Shown: piece after piece, positions 18,013 through 20,374 of the stretch
How the letters are laid out: each line of letters opens with the position of its first letter
Numbering within the stretch: the first letter of the stretch is position 1
Source of the DNA: Candidatus Altimarinota bacterium
GTDB taxonomy: Bacteria; Patescibacteriota; Gracilibacteria; JBDHUY01
Assembly: GCA_039809385.1 (NCBI GenBank)
Contig: JBDHUY010000023.1
Coordinates: 1-20,374, forward strand
Reading direction: 5' to 3'
DNA: 20,374 nt
Made by a program: the position numbers and the translations under genes
The notes under the pieces: model-generated
The model's database searches: none
The model's input: the letters and a program-made list of their open reading frames with translations, nothing else
What the model was told of the DNA's origin: nothing

Positions 18013-18137
18013 CAAGGGTCAAAGTTCCAATCCCCAAAATTTATACTGGAAAATATTGCAAAAACATAGTTCGCTTGCTATATTTTGGCAGCATTGTTGT
18101 CAAACAAGTGTTTCTACGCTTTGAGTTTTGACCTTTG
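18013..18137. repeat. Heptamer-type inverted-repeat element, copy C (degenerate), enclosing the tRNA promoter
   Basis: CAAGGGTCAAAGTTC (18013-18027) / GAGTTTTGACCTTTG (18123-18137). Confidence 0.55.
18056..18084 (+). promoter_or_regulatory. Promoter for the tRNA-Ile locus
   Basis: TTGCAA-N17-TATATT with an extended -10 TG. Confidence 0.7.
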
Positions 18138-18150
18138 CGTTTCCTTACAA

Positions 18151-18213
18151 GGGCGTATAGCTCAGTTGGTTAGAGCGTCCCGACGGTAGCGTCGGGGAGG
18201 TCTCTGGCTCAAG
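18151..18213 (+). pseudogene. Truncated tRNA-Ile copy with a replaced anticodon arm
   Basis: First 27 nt match the tRNA-Ile at 18314 (one mismatch) and AGGTCTCTGGcTCAAG matches its variable loop and T-arm 5' part; the anticodon arm is TCCCGACG-GTAG-CGTCGGGG; 3' T-stem and acceptor strand are absent. Confidence 0.85.
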
Positions 18214-18313
18214 CGATGTATCGAAGGAAGCGGAGATATGACGATTAAAGTTTAATGAAAAAGTATAGCGAAACGAGTTGGAAGGGTGAATATGCAAATT
18301 GGTTGTTAGCGAT

Positions 18314-18390
18314 GGGCGTATAGCTCAGCTGGTTAGAGCGCGTCACTGATAATGACGAGGTCTCTGGTTCAAGTCCAGATACGCCCACCA
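18314..18390 (+). tRNA. tRNA-Ile (GAT)
   Basis: Full 77-nt cloverleaf, anticodon loop CTGATAA, encoded CCA. Confidence 0.98.
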
Positions 18391-18401
18391 TACAAAAAAT
18401 A

Positions 18402-18478
18402 AAAACTCAAAGTTCAAATGTCAAAATGAATACATTACATTATAGCAAGAACAGTTTTCTGCTTTTTATTTTGTCATT
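18402..18478. repeat. Heptamer-type inverted-repeat element, copy D (degenerate)
   Basis: CAAAGTTCAAATGTCAAA matches copy B CAAAGTTCAAATATCAAA at 17 of 18 positions; weak mirror arm TTTATTTTGTCATT. Confidence 0.55.
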
Positions 18479-18498
18479 CTCGCGGAGGCGGGAATCTA
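18473..18498. repeat. GTCATTCCCGCG-type small palindrome (REP/dRS3-like)
   Basis: GTCATTCTCGCGGAGGCGGGAATCTA resembles ATTCCC-N8-GGGAAT; single copy in the window. Confidence 0.6.
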
Positions 18499-18562
18499 TC
18501 AGAATTTCACAGGCGTAACCTATTTGCGTTCTGATCCTTTGTTTTCTTCTACGTTTTGAGCG

Positions 18563-18817
18563 ATGAATATTCTCGTTGGTATTATCGGCATTGCATTGGG
18601 TTTTGTGTGCATTCTGTATGCGTACCCGATTAAGCAGATGGTCGGCTCGATCGGCTTTTTTGAAAAGGTGTTTGGTCTTGGAGGGACGCTGAGCGGCGTG
18701 AAGTTGGTTGGTGTTTTGCTGATTATTCTTTCGTTCGTCTGGATGACCGGAACTCTCCAGGAATTCCTGCTGTGGATCTTCGGTCCTATCCTGGGTAAGC
18801 GTCCGGCGATTTCGTGA
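18563..18817 (+). CDS. Small membrane protein (two predicted TM helices)
   Basis: 84-aa hydrophobic ORF with a FEKVFGLGGT loop, lying between tRNA-Ile and tRNA-Ala. Confidence 0.85.
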   Translation: MNILVGIIGIALGFVCILYAYPIKQMVGSIGFFEKVFGLGGTLSGVKLVGVLLIILSFVWMTGTLQEFLLWIFGPILGKRPAIS

Positions 18818-18840
18818 TTTGTTTGTTTTTCTTTTGGTGC

Positions 18841-18868
18841 TTGCAAATTATCCCAAAGTCTTTAGAAT
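18841..18868 (+). promoter_or_regulatory. Promoter for tRNA-Ala
   Basis: TTGCAA-N16-TAGAAT, 27 nt before the tRNA. Confidence 0.6.
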
Positions 18869-18895
18869 AAGACTGTTTCCTTGTTTTTACTCTGC

Positions 18896-18971
18896 GGGCC
18901 CTTAGCTCAGCTGGTAGAGCGCCTCGTTTGCACCGAGGAGGCCAGGAGTTCGAATCTCCTAGGGTCCACCA
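18896..18971 (+). tRNA. tRNA-Ala (TGC)
   Basis: 76-nt cloverleaf, anticodon TGC, G3:U70 identity pair, encoded CCA. Confidence 0.98.
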
Positions 18972-19156
18972 TTCTTCGCCAAGACTTTGTCTAAAGCTTG
19001 TCACAGCACTAACTTTTGCGGAGGTTTTTAAAATGAAGAGAGCGAGTAGGATGATAGCCTTTTGCCCAACAAACGGGTAGCTTTTCAAGACCGGTGATTT
19101 TTCTGAGAATAAAAAAAGTAATGCTTTTACATTCACTTCATTGACACTTTTCTCTT

Positions 19157-20209
19157 ATGCACCTCTATTCCTTTTTTAACGATTATTCCGAAGGTGCGCA
19201 CCCTTCGATTTTTGCCGTACTGGAACAGACTAATCTGGACCAGTATGCCGGCTATGGTGAAGACTCTCTGGCAGATGAGGCAAAAAAGCTCATTCAAAAA
19301 CATATTCAGTTCCCCGATGCCGCCATTCACTTTGTTACGGCCGGAACGCAGGCCAACTTCATTACGCTCGCCGCGATGCTCAAGCCCTACGAATCGGTCG
19401 TGGCAGTCGAGTCGGCTCATATCAATGTGCATGAAGCGGGAGCGGTCGAAGCTACAGGGCATAAAATTCATGCGGTAAAAGGGGTAAATGGCAAGATCAC
19501 CATTCCCGAGATCCAACAGGTCCTGGACTTCAACCATGACGAACATATGGCCAAACCAAAGGTGGTCTTTATTTCGCATGCCACCGAGCTTGGTACCATA
19601 TATTCTCGCCAAGAACTCACCGAACTGTCCGCGTATTGCCGCGAAAAATCGTTATATTTGTATCTGGACGGCGCGCGATTGGGAAGCGCACTCTGCAGCA
19701 GCGAAGCAGATCTCACTTTGGCCGATATTGCCAAACTCGTAGATGCGTTTTATATCGGCGGTACCAAAAACGGCGCATTTCTGGGGGAAGCCATAGTTAT
19801 TTGCAATAAGGAATTGCAGGAAAACTTTCGCTACATCCTGAAGCAACGCGGCGCGCTTTTGGCTAAGGGGCGTCTTTTATCTGCTCAGTTTATTGCCCTG
19901 TTTCAACATGACCTTTACTTTCAACTGGCCCGGCATGCCAATGCGATGGCTGGAAAAATGACCAAGCATATCGAATCGCTGGGATTTCCTTTTCTTACCC
20001 CATCTGCCACAAATCAGATCTTTCCTATTCTGCCCGATACCTTGATTGCTAGGCTCGAAAAGCTCTATGGATTTTATGTCTGGTCGAGAATTGACACTCA
20101 ACATTCAGCTATTCGCCTGGTTACTTCGTGGGCTACCCCGGAAGAGATGGTGGATCGCTTTTTGGAAGATCTTGCTAAGAGCAGCCAAGACGTTTCGTTC
20201 TCTTCGTGA
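19157..20209 (+). CDS. ltaE: Low-specificity L-threonine aldolase (PLP-dependent, beta-eliminating lyase family)
   Basis: FFNDYSEGAHP, HINVHEAGA, YLDGARL, PLP lysine in GGTKNG and RLVTSWAT. Confidence 0.93.
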   Translation: MHLYSFFNDYSEGAHPSIFAVLEQTNLDQYAGYGEDSLADEAKKLIQKHIQFPDAAIHFVTAGTQANFITLAAMLKPYESVVAVESAHINVHEAGAVEATGHKIHAVKGVNGKITIPEIQQVLDFNHDEHMAKPKVVFISHATELGTIYSRQELTELSAYCREKSLYLYLDGARLGSALCSSEADLTLADIAKLVDAFYIGGTKNGAFLGEAIVICNKELQENFRYILKQRGALLAKGRLLSAQFIALFQHDLYFQLARHANAMAGKMTKHIESLGFPFLTPSATNQIFPILPDTLIARLEKLYGFYVWSRIDTQHSAIRLVTSWATPEEMVDRFLEDLAKSSQDVSFSS

Positions 20210-20221
20210 CTTTCTTACACA

Positions 20222-20374
20222 TTGACTCCTACGATTCCTCAGTTTGGGACTATTACTGTATCTCCATTTATCGAACGCCCTTCGGTCTATGGGATTATTT
20301 TCGACAAAGCCGGAAAACTGCTGGTGGTTACGGTGAAGAAGAGTAAGTACCACCTGCCGGGCGGTGGAATCGAG
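20222..20374 (+). CDS. Nudix hydrolase (3'-partial)
   Basis: From TTG at 20222: MTPTIPQFG...RPSVYGIIFDKAGKLLVV...YHLPGGGIE; LPGGGIE is the start of the Nudix box. Not in the ORF track. Confidence 0.85.
   Translation, partial: MTPTIPQFGTITVSPFIERPSVYGIIFDKAGKLLVVTVKKSKYHLPGGGIE

Noticed and set aside
18151-18390. Intron-containing or split tRNA, or tmRNA
   Set aside because: The downstream tRNA-Ile is complete on its own, the upstream copy has no separate 3' half, and there is no group I core or tmRNA acceptor/tag signature.

Overview
Chromosomal window from a bacterium that is very probably Patescibacteria/CPR, judged from 16S signatures (GGAATAGACGG, TGTACTCACC), SD-less genes and type IV pilus genes. 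It uses the standard genetic code. Left half: the right end of an IS30 element inserted into a kinase-like gene, an intact APH-family phosphotransferase, a ~190-nt rod-like inverted-repeat element, a C26 gamma-glutamyl hydrolase, an AlkA-like glycosylase, a dienelactone-hydrolase lipoprotein, a GNAT and a decayed hicB-hicA pair. Middle: a coupled rnhA-femAB-erm operon, pilN/pilO-like genes and a PilB/GspE ATPase punctuated by heptamer-type inverted-repeat elements, then a transglutaminase-like plus ATP-grasp ligase gene pair. Right: a stand-alone 16S rRNA gene (own promoter, boxA, processing stalk, terminator, no 23S in the window), a truncated tRNA-Ile copy whose anticodon arm is replaced by a different hairpin, tRNA-Ile, a small membrane protein, tRNA-Ala, a threonine aldolase and the start of a Nudix gene. 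All calls come from reading motifs by eye; no searches were run.
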